Positions 62,482 through 64,000 of a stretch of DNA of 64,000 bases are shown here, piece by piece. Under the pieces are notes generated by a model, which saw nothing but the letters and a program-made list of their open reading frames with translations, searched no databases and was not told where the DNA came from. The DNA lies in NCBI RefSeq assembly GCF_048593235.1, contig NC_133620.1, positions 477,865,886 to 477,929,885 on the forward strand, given 5' to 3'. This DNA is from Sminthopsis crassicaudata. Its lineage: Eukaryota. Each line of letters opens with the position of its first letter. Position 1 is the first letter of the stretch. The position numbers were made by a program, and so were the translations under genes.

Positions 62482-63579
62482 ACCATGGGGACAGCCAAGC
62501 ACTTGGGAAGTGATAGAAAGGGAACTTGTGCCAGGCAGACTTGGATCAGCAGGTGGCTCTATAAGGTCAACCCCGAAGGGCTGGAGCGGTCATTCCAAGC
62601 AAGGGCAGGTGGCCTGAGGGGATGGGCTCTCATGGCCCGTTCTGGACTCTGCTGGATGGCTTCAAGGCTCGCTCCTTGCCAGGGACCTCTTACACAGAAT
62701 ATGTGTTCTAGTACATGGATCAAGGTGTTCCTTGTGCTCTGGAGTTCATTCTACAGGGGACCAAGGACCCCAAGGCCTCAGGGTCTCCAAGGCCATGCAA
62801 AGGCCCGTTTGTTATGTGCAAGTGCCTGGTCGAGGATCCCCTCATGTCTAAAGGACTATTCCTAGCGAGCTGGAAGCCAGAAACCTGGCGCGCCTGGGAG
62901 TCATTCTAGAGAAACGTGTGCCGAGGGCATCCTTTCTAAGCAGCGCATGTGAAGGTTCCCTCCTGCTCTGTGCTGGTGGCAGCTGGCCTCTTCGCTGGTG
63001 TGCTTGGATACAGTGATGGCGGGCACAGGGGAAAGATTTTAAGGCAATCGAATTATGGCCTGAAAGTCAGGGGGCAGAGTGTGGATGCGATGTGTCCGGG
63101 CCCGGCTCTGCAGGACCACGGAGAGGTGTGTGTGTGGAATGCCGTTCACATTGGGCACTGTCTCCTGGAGATTCATGGGCTCCACTGGCTGCCTTGTGGA
63201 AGCATGAGGCTCCTGCTTTCCCAGCTGGGCCCAAGATGAGCAAAGAGGACGAGTGAGAGGCCAGAAAAGTGAGTTGATGCTATTTATTAGTAGGACAGTC
63301 TGTGGCCAAAGCCATCCCCGTGCACTTTGACATGAGAGAGAGCCTGCCAGTGGGCTGCAAGCAGTGGGCCCGGGTGCATGCCAAGCAGGTGCCGAGACTG
63401 GGGCAGCCATGGTTTGCTTGGCATCTCTGTGGTCTGTGGAAAGTGGGGAGTGTAGGGTGTCTGGTCAGTTCTTGAGGCTGATATCCGGGGAGGGATACGG
63501 GAGACCCGCAGAAGTGGGGCCCGGGGTGGGGGAGAGACACAGGGCGTCAGCCAGGGGGACAGAGAGCAGCAGCCTGGGC

Positions 63580-64000
63580 TCAGCAGCAAGATTTCTGGCC
63601 GCAGCTGGGGGCGCAGCAGGCGGGCTTGCAGCAGGCGGGCCGGCAGACCAGGGACACACAGGAGGCGGGGCGGCAGCAGGGGGCGGCCGGGCAGCAGGAG
63701 GGTGCACAGCAGCAAGAGGAGGAGGACGTGGGGCCGCAGCAAGAGGGTCTGCAGGAGACGGGCGCGCAGCAGGAGACCGGGCCGCACACGGGGCGGCACA
63801 CGAGGGACACGCAGCAGGCCGGGCGGCAGCAGCTGGGCTTGCAGCACACAGGCAGGGAGATGCAGCAGCTGGGCTTACAGCACACGGGGACGCAGCAGCA
63901 GGACTGCACCGAGCAGGGAGAGGCAGCGCAGCAAGGGGCTGGGCAGCAGGACTGCTGGCAGCAGGAAGACCCGCAGCCAGAGGGCTGGCAGCAAGACTGC
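63580..64000 (-). CDS. KRTAP10-like: KRTAP10-like (copy F, 3' part; 5' end beyond the window)
   Basis: Matches copy E at +4528 as far as could be seen; the start would fall near 64329 if the period continues. Confidence 0.88.
   Translation of the reverse strand, partial: QSCCQPSGCGSSCCQQSCCPAPCCAASPCSVQSCCCVPVCCKPSCCISLPVCCKPSCCRPACCVSLVCRPVCGPVSCCAPVSCRPSCCGPTSSSSCCCAPSCCPAAPCCRPASCVSLVCRPACCKPACCAPSCGQKSCC

Larger units (their letters stand above)
54943..64000. repeat. Near-identical tandem duplication, period 4,528 bp
   Basis: Every ORF-track entry from 55292 recurs at +4528. Only three substitutions were noticed by eye (around 57780 vs 62308 and 58041-58044 vs 62569-62572). Confidence 0.98.

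Noticed and set aside
4568-63909. Long Gln/Gly/Ala-rich ORFs antisense or frameshifted to the KRTAP genes (e.g. 8776-9900, 43539-44459, 54263-55222)
   Set aside because: Shadow ORFs. GC-rich Cys/Ser/Pro codon repeats lack stops in the other frames, and no independent promoter or poly(A) signal was seen.

Overview
Mammalian genomic DNA, most likely marsupial. That inference rests on CORE-type SINEs, abundant L2/MIR remnants and an L1 with a long inter-ORF spacer. The window holds part of a hair keratin-associated protein cluster equivalent to the human KRTAP10/KRTAP12 locus (which in human is nested in TSPEAR introns). There are five intact single-exon KRTAP12-like genes (strands -,-,+,+,-), five intact KRTAP10-like genes, and a sixth KRTAP10-like gene cut by the right edge (all six on the - strand). 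Other structure: (i) a 5.76-kb array of a 61-bp unit with hierarchical higher-order repeats, seeded in an L2 tail; (ii) a near-perfect 4,528-bp tandem duplication of a KRTAP10 unit carrying a nested betaretroviral fragment; (iii) five L1 insertions with target-site duplications, one full length, three with empty sites visible in paralogous spacers; (iv) a CpG-island, housekeeping-type promoter followed by a degenerate SCAN-like exon; (v) a roughly 55% Cys, Tyr-rich ORF formed from a decayed triplet repeat. No CRISPR, rRNA or tRNA genes are supported. Coordinates were counted by hand. Family assignments come from recalled sequence motifs, not database searches.
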